NCBI GenBank assembly: GCA_026398385.1 | Contig: JAPLSZ010000253.1 | Span: forward strand, 1-39,077 | Source: Kiritimatiellota bacterium | GTDB lineage: Bacteria > Verrucomicrobiota > Kiritimatiellia > CAIQIC01 | Direction: 5' to 3' | Length of the DNA: 39,077 bases | Shown: positions 18,252 through 26,872 of the stretch, piece by piece | How the letters are laid out: each line of letters starts with the position of its first letter | How positions within the stretch are numbered: the stretch's first letter is position 1 | Program-made: the position numbers and the translations under genes | The notes under the pieces: generated by a model | What the model was told of the DNA's origin: nothing | Seen by the model: the letters and a program-made list of their open reading frames with translations, nothing else | Databases searched by the model: none

Positions 18252-18602
18252 TCAATATATGATATCATCCGGCGTGTTGCTTGTCTTGTCCGGACCATAC
18301 GACCAGACGGATAGCAATCCATTGGTACTGGTAGTACATTGATAAGAAGTCCCCCACGGATCTGTGAGGCTAAGGACGGGGGTGCCAGTCAGCTGATTAT
18401 CCGCCACCGAATTCTTGATGCGCTCCATGTCCGCCCGGGCGCGGGCGATGTCCGCTGTGCGGGAGGCGACGCTCATGCCGGCCAGCGTCAACGCGGCGAG
18501 CAGCGCAATGATGATCATCACGGCCAGCATTTCCACGAGGGTGAAGCCAGCCGCCTTGGAACACAACCCAGCACGCCGTCCCGCTGGCTGATGGCTGTTC
18601 AT
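18252..18602 (-). CDS. Short GspG-like (pseudo)pilin
   Basis: AAG|FTLVEMLAVMIII, DPWGTSY, WSYGPDK...DDI. GGAGG SD. Confidence 0.8.
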   Translation of the reverse strand: MNSHQPAGRRAGLCSKAAGFTLVEMLAVMIIIALLAALTLAGMSVASRTADIARARADMERIKNSVADNQLTGTPVLSLTDPWGTSYQCTTSTNGLLSVWSYGPDKTSNTPDDIIY

Positions 18603-18623
18603 TGGCGCACCTCCACGTCAGAC

Positions 18624-18681
18624 AATATACCTCCGTTTCCGGCCCGTGTCCACAAAATAGTTCGGTATATTTTGACACGGG
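18624..18681 (-). promoter_or_regulatory. Putative pilin-cassette promoter with an overlapping inverted repeat
   Basis: Minus strand TGGACA-N17-TATATT. The inverted repeat CCCGTGTC(CAC)AAAATA...TATTTTGACACGGG at 18643-18681 covers the -35. Confidence 0.5.
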
Positions 18682-18709
18682 GCGCATAGCACTTCTGCGG
18701 GGGCATTCT

Positions 18710-19084
18710 CCGGGGTCACCGACCCCGGCTACAAGACGCCGCATTTGCTTCGCTGTAGCCGGGATCGGTGATCCCGGCCATTGCGGTTTTATTGGCCCAA
18801 CGTCGCGAGAAGCGCCATGCGCCCCTTGCTGCGCCCGCCTGCGGTGAGCTTGCCGAACCCGCGGGCGTCGCCCAGCGCCGGGTCAGAGACCCGGCCTACA
18901 GACGGGAAGCAGAGGGCGTGCTGCCGCCGGAGGCGGCGGGGCGCCGCTGCTGCGTTATGCGCAGCGCCAGCGCGCCGCCGGGCAAACCGCTGCGTAGGCG
19001 GGGCTTCCAGCCCCGCGTTGTGCTTGGGTGGCTAGCGCGGGGCCCCGACCCGGGGTTCGGGGCAGGCGTGGAAGCCCCGCCCAC
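18710..19084. repeat. Cluster of REP-like elements of at least two families
   Basis: A TGTAGCCGGGRTCGGTGAYCCCGG pair at 18710-18733 and 18754-18778; TGTAGGCCGGGTCTCTGACCCGGC (minus strand) at 18877-18900; GTAGGCGGGGCTTCCAGCCCCGC at 18994-19016 with a degenerate inverted partner at 19062-19084. Confidence 0.8.
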
Positions 19085-19118
19085 AAGGGCCTGGCCCAGC
19101 GTCATGCGGGCGCGGCGC

Positions 19119-20324
19119 TCAGACGGCCGCGAGCAGGGCGTCCACCTTGTCGGTGCGCTCCCAGGTGAAGGTGTCGAGGTGGCGGGTGCGGCCGAAGTGG
19201 CCATAGTTGGTGGTCGCCTGGTAGATCGGGCGCAGCAGGTCGAGCTGCGCGATGATCTGCGCCGGCTTGAGGCCGAACACCCGGCGGACGGCCCGCTCGA
19301 TCTTCTGATCGCTGGCGAGGCCGGTGCCGAAGGTGTCCACGAACACGCTGACCGGCTCGGGATGGCCGATGGCATAGGCCGCCTGGACCTCGCAACGGCG
19401 GGCGAGCCGGGCGGCGACGATGTTCTTGGCGATGTAGCGCAGCATGTAGGCCGCGCTGCGGTCCACCTTGCTCGGATCCTTGCCGGAGAAGGCGCCGCCG
19501 CCGTGGCGGCCCATGCCGCCGTAACTGTCCACGATGATCTTGCGCCCGGTCAGGCCGGTGTCGCCGGCCGGGCCGCCGACGACGAAGCGGCCGGTGGGAT
19601 TGACCAGGTATTGCGTTCGGGACGTGAGCAGTTTCTTCGGCAGCACCTTCCGGATGACCTCCTCGATGCAGAAGCGTTCGATCGCGGCATGCCCGACGTC
19701 CGCGGCGTGCTGCGTGGAGATGACCACGTTGGCGACGGCGACGGGCCGGTTGTTTTCGTAGACCACGGAGACCTGGCTCTTGGCGTCCGGGCGCAACCAC
19801 GGCACGCGGCCGGACTTGCGGATGCGGGTCAGCTCGCGGCCGAGGCGGTGGGCGAACATGATCGGGGCGGGCATGAGCTCCGGCGTCTCGTCGCAGGCGT
19901 AACCGAACATCAGGCCCTGGTCGCCGGCGCCCTGTTCGGCGGTCTTTTTGCCCTGGGCTTTGCGCGCGTCGACGCCCTGGGCGATGTCCGGCGACTGCGT
20001 GGTGAGGAGGTTGTTGACGAACACCTTGTCGGCGTGGAAGACGTCGTCGCTGTGGGTGTAGCCGATGTCGCGGATGGCTTCGCGGACGACGGCGGCGATG
20101 TTGATGGCGCTGTCGATGGGCCGCGGGCCGAGCTTCGGAATGGTGATCTCGCCGCCGACGATGACGATGTTGCACTTGGCATAGCTTTCGCAGGCCACGC
20201 GGCTGCGCCGGTCGAGGCGCAGGCAGGCGTCCAGCACGGCATCGGAAATCCGGTCGCAGACCTTGTCGGGATGGCCTTCGCCGACGGACTCGGAGGTGAA
20301 CATGAACGAACGCGCTTTAGTCAT
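19119..20324 (-). CDS. metK: S-adenosylmethionine synthetase
   Basis: [39 protein letters not shown]. Confidence 0.97.
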   Translation of the reverse strand: MTKARSFMFTSESVGEGHPDKVCDRISDAVLDACLRLDRRSRVACESYAKCNIVIVGGEITIPKLGPRPIDSAINIAAVVREAIRDIGYTHSDDVFHADKVFVNNLLTTQSPDIAQGVDARKAQGKKTAEQGAGDQGLMFGYACDETPELMPAPIMFAHRLGRELTRIRKSGRVPWLRPDAKSQVSVVYENNRPVAVANVVISTQHAADVGHAAIERFCIEEVIRKVLPKKLLTSRTQYLVNPTGRFVVGGPAGDTGLTGRKIIVDSYGGMGRHGGGAFSGKDPSKVDRSAAYMLRYIAKNIVAARLARRCEVQAAYAIGHPEPVSVFVDTFGTGLASDQKIERAVRRVFGLKPAQIIAQLDLLRPIYQATTNYGHFGRTRHLDTFTWERTDKVDALLAAV

Positions 20325-20356
20325 GAGGGTTTCCTTTGGTTGCAAAAACATCGCAC

Positions 20357-20384
20357 ACTATAGCGCTTCAGTCGAGGATTTCAA
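20357..20384 (-). promoter_or_regulatory. Putative metK promoter
   Basis: Minus strand TTGAAA-N16-TATAGT. Confidence 0.5.
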
Positions 20385-22146
20385 GGATTTCCGGCGCGGT
20401 TTGGCCGCAGAGCCGCCGGCAGGCCTCCACGATCTCCCCGGCGGAGCCGGAACGCAGGGCGGCCTGGGCCAGCTCCTCGGCCTGCGCGAAGCGCACGCTG
20501 CGGATGACGTCCTTGACCAGCGGCACGGCGGGCGGGTTGACGCTGAATTCATCCAAGCCCAGGCCGATGAGCAGCGGCGCCAGCAGCGGGTTGCCGCCCA
20601 TTTCGCCGCACACGCCGACCCAGAGGCCGTGCTCGTGGCCGACCGCCACGGTATGCTGGATGAGCCGGATGATCGCCGGGTTGGTGGGCTCGTACAAGCC
20701 GGCGACCAGCTCATTGACGCGGTCCACGGCCAGGGTGTATTGCACCAGGTCGTTGGTGCCGAGGCTGAAGAACTTGACGTGCGGGGCGATCAGGTCGGCG
20801 GTCAGGGCGGCCGAGGGCACCTCGATCATGACGCCCACTTCGATGTCCGGATCGAAGGGTACGCCGCGCTGCGCGAGCTCGGCCTGCGCCTCCGCCAGCA
20901 GTTGGTTGGCCGCGACGACTTCCCGCACGTGGCTGACCATGGGATACATGATCTTGACGTTCCCGCGAACGCTGGCGCGCAGGATGGCGCGCAACTGGGT
21001 TTTGAAGATATCGGGCTGCGCCAGGCAGAAGCGGATGGCGCGCCAGCCCATGAAGGGGTTGACCTGCTGCGGCATTTTCAGGTGCGAGAGGAACTTGTCG
21101 CCGCCGATGTCCATCGTGCGGATGATCACCGCGGCGGGGGCGACGCGGCGGGCCACCTCGGCGTAGACGGCGGTCTGTTCGTCCTCGTCGGGCAGCTTGT
21201 TCAGATACAAATACTCGGTGCGGAACAGGCCGACGCCCGTGGCGCCGTTGGCCAGCACGGCGTCCACGTCGCCGGGCAGGCCGATGTTTCCCGAGAGAAT
21301 CAGGCCGTAGCCGTCCCGGGTCATCGCCGGCTGGTCGTGGAGCACCGCCAGGCGGGACTGGATGGTGCGCCGGGCCTGGTCGCGGCGCGCATACCGGGCC
21401 AGGCGTTGCTGCGTGGGCCGCAGGTACAGCAGGCCCTGGGAGCCATCCGCGAGGACCGGATCGCCGGCGGCGAGGCGCAGGCTGACGTCGTGCATGCCCA
21501 CGACGGCGGGAATGCCCAGGGCCCGGGCCATGATGGCGGTGTGGGAGGTCGGGCTGCCCAGGTCGGTGACGAAGGCCAGCACCTTGTGCTTGTTCAGACC
21601 GGCCGTTTCCGAGGGCGCCAGGTCATGGGCCACGACAATGCACGGCGACTCCAGGTTGGCCAGCGTGCGGCCGCTGTGGCCGGTCAGGTTCCGCAGCAAG
21701 CGCCGCCCGATGTCGCGCACGTCCACCGCGCGCTCCCGGAGGTAATCGTCGTTCAACTCCGCCAGCGACTGCGCATAGCGGGCCGCCACGTCGCGGACCA
21801 CGGCCTCGATGTTGCGCCGCGTGGTGGCGATGGCGCGGGTGACCTCGTCCAGGAAGCCGCGGTCCTCCAGCACCAGCAGGTGCGCCTCGAAGATCTTCGC
21901 GCTTTCCGCGCCGAGGGTTTCTTTGACCCGCAGTTGGACTTCGCGGATCTGCTCGCGGGTGGCGGACAGGGCCTCCGTAAAGCGCTGGAGTTCGCGCGGG
22001 ACGTCCGCCGCGCCGATCTCCCGCTCGACCACGGTCTCGTCCTCGGAGGCCAGCAGGAACACCGGCCCGGTGGCGGCGCCGGGCGACACCCCGACGCCCT
22101 TGAGTTCCAGTTCGTCCGCGGCGGGGGCATGGGGTTTGGCCGTCAC
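20368..22146 (-). CDS. ptsI: PEP-protein phosphotransferase (PTS enzyme I)
   Basis: TSHTAIMAR (phospho-His), GVGLFRTE, RTMDIGGDK, NPFMGWRAIR, SLGTNDL, VGVCGE. Confidence 0.95.
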   Translation of the reverse strand: MTAKPHAPAADELELKGVGVSPGAATGPVFLLASEDETVVEREIGAADVPRELQRFTEALSATREQIREVQLRVKETLGAESAKIFEAHLLVLEDRGFLDEVTRAIATTRRNIEAVVRDVAARYAQSLAELNDDYLRERAVDVRDIGRRLLRNLTGHSGRTLANLESPCIVVAHDLAPSETAGLNKHKVLAFVTDLGSPTSHTAIMARALGIPAVVGMHDVSLRLAAGDPVLADGSQGLLYLRPTQQRLARYARRDQARRTIQSRLAVLHDQPAMTRDGYGLILSGNIGLPGDVDAVLANGATGVGLFRTEYLYLNKLPDEDEQTAVYAEVARRVAPAAVIIRTMDIGGDKFLSHLKMPQQVNPFMGWRAIRFCLAQPDIFKTQLRAILRASVRGNVKIMYPMVSHVREVVAANQLLAEAQAELAQRGVPFDPDIEVGVMIEVPSAALTADLIAPHVKFFSLGTNDLVQYTLAVDRVNELVAGLYEPTNPAIIRLIQHTVAVGHEHGLWVGVCGEMGGNPLLAPLLIGLGLDEFSVNPPAVPLVKDVIRSVRFAQAEELAQAALRSGSAGEIVEACRRLCGQTAPEILEILD

Positions 22147-22148
22147 GA

Positions 22149-22424
22149 TCAGTCCTCAAAAAACTTCTGCCGGACCAGGTCCTCCAGCGCGGCCAGCGCC
22201 TCGGCGGCATCCGGCCCCAGGGCCGTGACGCGGAGCACGGCGCCCTGATAACCCTCCAGCGTCATCAGGCCGATGATGCTCTTGCCGGAAACCTTGAGGC
22301 TGTCTTTTTCCACGGTGATCTCGCTTTGAAAACGGTTGGCCGTCTTGATAAACAGCGCCGCCGGCCGGGCATGGATGCCGAACCGGTTCAAAATAGTCAA
22401 ATTTGTCGTCAGGGGCAGCGTCAT
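22149..22424 (-). CDS. ptsH: Phosphocarrier protein HPr
   Basis: GIHARPA (His15) and KSIIGLM (Ser46). Confidence 0.93.
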   Translation of the reverse strand: MTLPLTTNLTILNRFGIHARPAALFIKTANRFQSEITVEKDSLKVSGKSIIGLMTLEGYQGAVLRVTALGPDAAEALAALEDLVRQKFFED

Positions 22425-22558
22425 GGCTTGGCCGTCTTCGTCCTGGTTTGTCACGCCACGGGCGATTGTATATGAACGGCAACGGCTCAGCCAGCATTCT
22501 TTTAACCAGGCCACCCGCGCCAACCTCAGCCGGCGCAACGCCCGCGGCGGGCCGCCGC

Positions 22559-22625
22559 GTGGGCGGGGCTTCCCGCCCCGCGCCCGCAACCGCCACACAA
22601 CCGCGGGGCGGGAAGCCCCGCCCAC
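22559..22625. repeat. REPIN-like doublet of inverted REPs
   Basis: GTGGGCGGGGCTTCCCGCCCCGC at 22559-22581 and its exact reverse complement at 22603-22625, with a 21-nt spacer. Confidence 0.85.
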
Positions 22626-22686
22626 GCAGAGGTTCGCGCTGGCCCTATCCGTGTAATCCGCCGGCCATTCCTTCCGCGCGGCGCCT

Positions 22687-23040
22687 TCAGCTTCCGGCGC
22701 TGCCGGCGTCCGTGCTGCGGGCCTCCAGGTGGGAGAGCGGTTCGCGGGCCTTGTGGTCCTGCCACTTGTCAAGCTGCCGCTCAATCTGCTTGGCGGTCTT
22801 GTCCACGGCGTCGGCAATGGACGCGTACATGTCGGGGCTCTCCGCCTTGGCTTCGACGCGCAAGTGGTGCGGCCCCTGTGCGACCAGCTCGGCGCTGTGG
22901 CGGTGCTTCTCGATGGCCAGGATGAGATGCGCGCCGACGATGCGGGGATAGGCGGCGAAGGCGTGCGCGATCCGATCGTGGGCATAATCCCGGAGGGCCT
23001 CCGTGACCACCATGTGCCGTCCTGTAACGCTAATCTGCAT
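22687..23040 (-). CDS. hpf: Ribosome hibernation factor HPF/RaiA (short form)
   Basis: MQISVTGRHMVVTEALRDY...DMYASIADAVDK; GGAG SD. Confidence 0.88.
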   Translation of the reverse strand: MQISVTGRHMVVTEALRDYAHDRIAHAFAAYPRIVGAHLILAIEKHRHSAELVAQGPHHLRVEAKAESPDMYASIADAVDKTAKQIERQLDKWQDHKAREPLSHLEARSTDAGSAGS

Positions 23041-23068
23041 CGTGTGTCTCCCTTGGTTGGTTTGTGGT

Positions 23069-23833
23069 TTACATGCTGAAGCGCGGGCCCAGGTACAGCT
23101 CGCGGCTCACGGCGTCGTGAATCAAAAAGGAACTGGTGCCCTCCCGGAGCACTTTGCCCTCGCACAGGAGGTAGGCGCGGTCCACCACGGCCAGGGTCTC
23201 GCGGACGTTATGGTCGGTGATGAGGATGCCCAGGCCCTTGGCCTTGAGGCTCATGATGATCTGCTGGACGTCGTAGACGGCCAGGGGGTCCACGCCGCTG
23301 AAGGGCTCGTCCAACAGGATCAGGGACGGCTGGGTGACGAGGGCGCGGGTGATTTCCAGCCGGCGGCGTTCGCCGCCGCTGAGGGTGTAGGCCTGCTGAT
23401 CCGCCAGGTAGCCGATCTTGAGCTCCGCGAGCAGGCTGTCGAGGCGCGCGCGGCGCTCGCGGGCGGAGAGCGGCAGGGTCTCAAGGATGGCCAGGACGTT
23501 TTCCCGGACCGTCAGGCGCCGGAAGATCGAAGGCTCCTGGGAGAGATAACCCATGCCCAGGCGGGCGCGGCGAAACATGGGCTCGGCGGTGACGTCGCGC
23601 CCCTGGAAGAAAACGTGGCCCGCCGTGGGCTTGATCAGGCCGACCATCATGTAGAAGCTGGTGGTCTTGCCCGCGCCGTTGGGCCCGAGCAGGCCGACGA
23701 TCTCGCCGCGCTGGACCTTGAGGTTGACGCCATTGACCACCTTGCGGCGGTGGTAGATCTTGACCAGCTCCCGCGTTTCGGCCAGGCAGGGGGCGGCGGT
23801 GTTTTCCTTACTTTCCAAATGGGAGCCGATCAC
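23069..23833 (-). CDS. lptB: LPS export ABC transporter ATP-binding protein
   Basis: GPNGAGKTTSFYM, YLSQEPSIFR, LSGGERRRLEI, ITDHNVRETL, YLG. The start position is uncertain. Confidence 0.92.
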   Translation of the reverse strand: MIGSHLESKENTAAPCLAETRELVKIYHRRKVVNGVNLKVQRGEIVGLLGPNGAGKTTSFYMMVGLIKPTAGHVFFQGRDVTAEPMFRRARLGMGYLSQEPSIFRRLTVRENVLAILETLPLSARERRARLDSLLAELKIGYLADQQAYTLSGGERRRLEITRALVTQPSLILLDEPFSGVDPLAVYDVQQIIMSLKAKGLGILITDHNVRETLAVVDRAYLLCEGKVLREGTSSFLIHDAVSRELYLGPRFSM

Positions 23834-24338
23834 GTGTGCCGCCCTTCTCCGGATAAATCAACAGGCGCGCCTGGGGATACACCAGCATCCGGCTCTCGTT
23901 GCGCCAGAACGTGATGACCTCGCCTTCGAGCATGTTCTGGCCCTGCCAGGCGCGGGGTTGGCCCGCGAGCACGACTTTGCCGGACGCCACGTCGTAGGTG
24001 GCCACGTTGGCGGTGGCCCGCTTGTCGGCCTGCCGGATGGTGACGTGCCCCTCGGCCTTGAGCGACTGCACCGTGTCGTTCGTGCCGAAGATCGCCGTGA
24101 GCTTGTCGGACGTAAGCTGCAACTGGGGGTCCGTGACGACGACGTGCTCTTCGAACAGCGCGTATTTCTGTTTATAGTCGAAGGTCAGCTTGTCGGAGGT
24201 GATGACCGTGACGTCCTCGCCGGCGTCGGCTTTGGCCGCCGGAGCTTTGGCCGGGGGCTCCGCCGCGGCGGCCCCCGCGGCCGCCGGCAGGGCCAGCGCC
24301 AAGCCCAGCGCGAACAGGCGCGTGCGGATGTGTATCAT
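23808..24338 (-). CDS. lptA: LPS transport periplasmic protein (LptA/OstA-like)
   Basis: Signal peptide, ITSDKL repeats, AEGHV, LAGQP, LEGEVI; lies between the lptC-like gene and lptB. Confidence 0.8.
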   Translation of the reverse strand: MIHIRTRLFALGLALALPAAAGAAAAEPPAKAPAAKADAGEDVTVITSDKLTFDYKQKYALFEEHVVVTDPQLQLTSDKLTAIFGTNDTVQSLKAEGHVTIRQADKRATANVATYDVASGKVVLAGQPRAWQGQNMLEGEVITFWRNESRMLVYPQARLLIYPEKGGTRDRLPFGK

Positions 24339-24787
24339 GGCTGCGTTCCTTTGCTGAGGCCCCGCTGGGTTTCCTTGAGCACCACCTTGGCCTGGCTCAA
24401 GATCTTAAACCGATCATCCTGTTTGTTGAACTGAAAACCGGTCCCGGTAATCACCATATTGTCCCGCGTGATCCGCACCGGGCCCTCCGACTGGGCCGTG
24501 TTGCGCGCGCGGTCGAACAGGCACAGCGGTGCCGTGACCCGCAGGTTCACCTGTGTGCCCTCGTAAAACTCGATTTTCAGCCCCGTGATCTCGATGTGGC
24601 CGTCGGGCAGGCTCTTCGCCAGGTCGCCGAACATCTGGCTCTTCAAACGCCCCTGCTCGTCGTACGACGGGATGCGGACGCCGGCGACGCTTTGAAAATC
24701 CGTGTTCTGCGCCCGCGCCAGCCACGCCGCCGCCCCCAGAGCCGTCGTCCAGAATAAGACCGCCGCCAGGCCGGTTCTGTTCATCAT
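24335..24787 (-). CDS. lptC: LptC-like LPS export protein
   Basis: N-terminal hydrophobic helix, beta-jellyroll-type pattern (ITGLKIEFY, ITGTGF) and synteny. Confidence 0.7.
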   Translation of the reverse strand: MMNRTGLAAVLFWTTALGAAAWLARAQNTDFQSVAGVRIPSYDEQGRLKSQMFGDLAKSLPDGHIEITGLKIEFYEGTQVNLRVTAPLCLFDRARNTAQSEGPVRITRDNMVITGTGFQFNKQDDRFKILSQAKVVLKETQRGLSKGTQP

Positions 24788-24795
24788 GCTCAAGC

Positions 24796-25731
24796 CTATC
24801 GCAAAACTCTTACGGACGCGATCCCGCTGCTTCCGAGAGATCGGGACGTCCCGCACCGCACGATCCGATCAATCGCGCGCAACTGCCGCCACAGCGGGCG
24901 CAGGGCGGCGAACGGGAGGGCGTTGGCCGCATCGGAGCGCGCCTGCGCCGGGCGCACGTGCGTCTCCACGAACACGCCGTCGCAGCCCGCGGCCGCCGCC
25001 GCGCGCGCCAGGTGCGGCGCCCAGCGCCCGTCGCCGCCCGAGCGGTCGCCCGCGCCGCCGGGCAGTTGCACGCTGTGCGTCGCGTCGAAAATCACCGGGT
25101 ACCCGAACGCGCGCAGGATCGGCAGGCTGCGCAGGTCCGCCACCAGGTTGTTGTAGCCGAAGCTCGCGCCGCGCTCGGTCACGATAATATTCCGGTTGCC
25201 CGTGCTCTCGAGCTTGGCGATCACGTGGCGGACGTCCCACGGCGCGAGAAACTGGCCCTTCTTGATGTTCACTACGCGGCCGCTCGCGCCCAGCGCCAGC
25301 ACGAGGTCCGTCTGCCGGCAGAGAAACGCGGGCAACTGGAGCACGTCGGCCACCTGCGCGGCGAGCGGCACCTCCGCTTCGCTGTGCACATCCGTCAGAA
25401 TGGGCAGGCCGTACCGCTCCTTGACTTCCCGCAGGATGTCCAGCCCCCGCGACAGTCCCGGCCCGCGGAAGGCGTGGAGCGCGGTCCGGTTCGCCTTGTC
25501 GTAGGACGCCTTGAAGATGAAAGGGATCCCTTCGTCGCGCGCCAGCCGGGCGAGCCGCGCCGCGAGCGCCAGGCAGCCCGCGCGGCTCTCGATCACGCAC
25601 GGTCCGGCGATCAGCGCCAGCGGGTGGCGGCCGCCGAGGCGCACCGTGCCGACGTGAATGACGCGGGTGGTGGGCAGGCGCGGGGACGTACCGGCCGCTG
25701 ATTCCACACGGCTGCTTCCGACCCTGACCAT
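24796..25731 (-). CDS. kdsA: KDO 8-phosphate synthase
   Basis: IAGPCVIES, FKASYDKANRT, PAFLCRQTDL, KKGQFLAP, FDATHSVQLPGG, ETH. ATG overlaps the kdsB stop (TAATG); the start is uncertain. Confidence 0.93.
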   Translation of the reverse strand: MVRVGSSRVESAAGTSPRLPTTRVIHVGTVRLGGRHPLALIAGPCVIESRAGCLALAARLARLARDEGIPFIFKASYDKANRTALHAFRGPGLSRGLDILREVKERYGLPILTDVHSEAEVPLAAQVADVLQLPAFLCRQTDLVLALGASGRVVNIKKGQFLAPWDVRHVIAKLESTGNRNIIVTERGASFGYNNLVADLRSLPILRAFGYPVIFDATHSVQLPGGAGDRSGGDGRWAPHLARAAAAAGCDGVFVETHVRPAQARSDAANALPFAALRPLWRQLRAIDRIVRCGTSRSLGSSGIASVRVLR

Positions 25732-26510
25732 TACGCCTGCGCTCCTTTTCTTTCCGCGCCGAGGCCCCGTTGCCGCATTTCCGCCTCCGCCCGCGCCACG
25801 TCCTCCGGCGTATCCACGCCGACGCCCGCGGCGCTGGTCGTCAACACCTGCAGGCGGCCGCCCAGCCAGAGAGCCCGGAGCTGCTCCAGCTTTTCGGCCT
25901 GCTCCAGCGCGCACGGCGGCGTCGCCACCAGCCGCTCCAGAAACGCCCGCTGGTAGGCGTAGATGCCGATGTGCCGGTAATATAAGCCATCCGGGCCTGC
26001 CGCGCCAGCGTCCTTTTCGCGGAGGCAGGGAACCGCGGCCCGCGAGAAATACAGCGCCTGTCCCGCCCGGCCCCGCACCACCTTCACCACCGACGGATTG
26101 GCGATGTCGCGCGGGTCGGTGAGCGGCGCGGCGGCGGTCGCCATGTCCCAGTCGGCGCAGCCGGCCAGCGCCCGGACCAGCTCGTCCATCAGCGCCGGAT
26201 CCGCCAGCGGCTCGTCGCCCTGGATGTTGAGCACCACGTCCGCCGGGATCGCGCGCACCGCTTCCGCGATCCGGTCCGTGCCCGAGGGGTGGTGCGGCGA
26301 CGTCATCACGACCTCCGCGCCAAGGTGCGCCGCCGCGGCGCGGATGCGCTCGTCGTCCGTCGCCACCAGCAGGCGGTCGAGCGTGCGCGCCTGGCGCGCC
26401 CGCTCGAGCACCCACGCCAGCAGCGGCCGGCCCAGCAACGGCTGCAGGCTCTTGCCGGGGAAGCGCGTGGAACCCCACCGCGCCGGTATCACGCCCACGC
26501 TCGTGCTCAT
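25731..26510 (-). CDS. kdsB: CMP-KDO synthetase
   Basis: IPARWGSTRFPGK, SGTDR, NIQGDEP, ALYFSR, HIGIYAY, EKLEQLRAL, GVDTPED. Confidence 0.95.
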   Translation of the reverse strand: MSTSVGVIPARWGSTRFPGKSLQPLLGRPLLAWVLERARQARTLDRLLVATDDERIRAAAAHLGAEVVMTSPHHPSGTDRIAEAVRAIPADVVLNIQGDEPLADPALMDELVRALAGCADWDMATAAAPLTDPRDIANPSVVKVVRGRAGQALYFSRAAVPCLREKDAGAAGPDGLYYRHIGIYAYQRAFLERLVATPPCALEQAEKLEQLRALWLGGRLQVLTTSAAGVGVDTPEDVARAEAEMRQRGLGAERKGAQA

Positions 26511-26534
26511 CGTTCGCTCGCTTTCTCCGCCGGC

Positions 26535-26562
26535 ATTTTGAAAGCCGCGCGCGGAAAGTCAA
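26535..26562 (-). promoter_or_regulatory. Putative kdsB-operon promoter
   Basis: Minus strand TTGACT-N16-CAAAAT. Confidence 0.4.
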
Positions 26563-26593
26563 GCTCGGGCGCACAGCACGGGCTTTTCTTTTG

Positions 26594-26622
26594 TTGACAT
26601 CCATATGCCTTGCCCATATGTT
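26594..26622 (+). promoter_or_regulatory. vapBC promoter with a tandem CATATG operator-like pair
   Basis: TTGACA-N17-TATGTT; CATATG palindromes at 26602-26607 and 26615-26620; ATG 7 nt after the -10. Confidence 0.65.
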
Positions 26623-26629
26623 TTGATGC

Positions 26630-26872
26630 ATGAGAACCACGTTGAGCTTGCCGGGGAACCTGTTGGAGTATGTCCGCCAGCGGGCGGCCGAGGAACATCG
26701 CACGATGGCCTCTATCATCGAAGACGCCTTGCGCGGGGAGCGTGCCCGGAAGGCGGCGCGTCCGAAACACCCGCCGCCACGGTTGCCGGTGTTCGGCGGG
26801 CGCGGCGTGCGACCGGGCGTGAATCTGGACAGCACCGGGGAATTGCTGGACCGCATGGAGGGGCGCTGGTGA
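26630..26872 (+). CDS. vapB: VapB-type ribbon-helix-helix antitoxin
   Basis: MRTTLSLPGNLL...IIEDALR...PGVNLD; its stop overlaps the toxin start (GTGA). Confidence 0.85.
   Translation: MRTTLSLPGNLLEYVRQRAAEEHRTMASIIEDALRGERARKAARPKHPPPRLPVFGGRGVRPGVNLDSTGELLDRMEGRW

Noticed and set aside
18710-19084. Possible CRISPR array
   Set aside because: The repeats alternate in orientation, belong to different families and are irregularly spaced; no cas genes are present.
20325-20367. SAM riboswitch upstream of metK
   Set aside because: The spacer is only 43 nt, contains the predicted -10 and shows no recognisable aptamer.
18768-22248. Long + strand ORFs (531 and 661 aa) opposite metK and ptsI
   Set aside because: Antisense shadow frames with no recognisable motifs.
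22149-23165. 338-aa ORF ending in HPr
   Set aside because: The upstream portion overlaps hpf and a REPIN in another frame; HPr is the last 91 aa.
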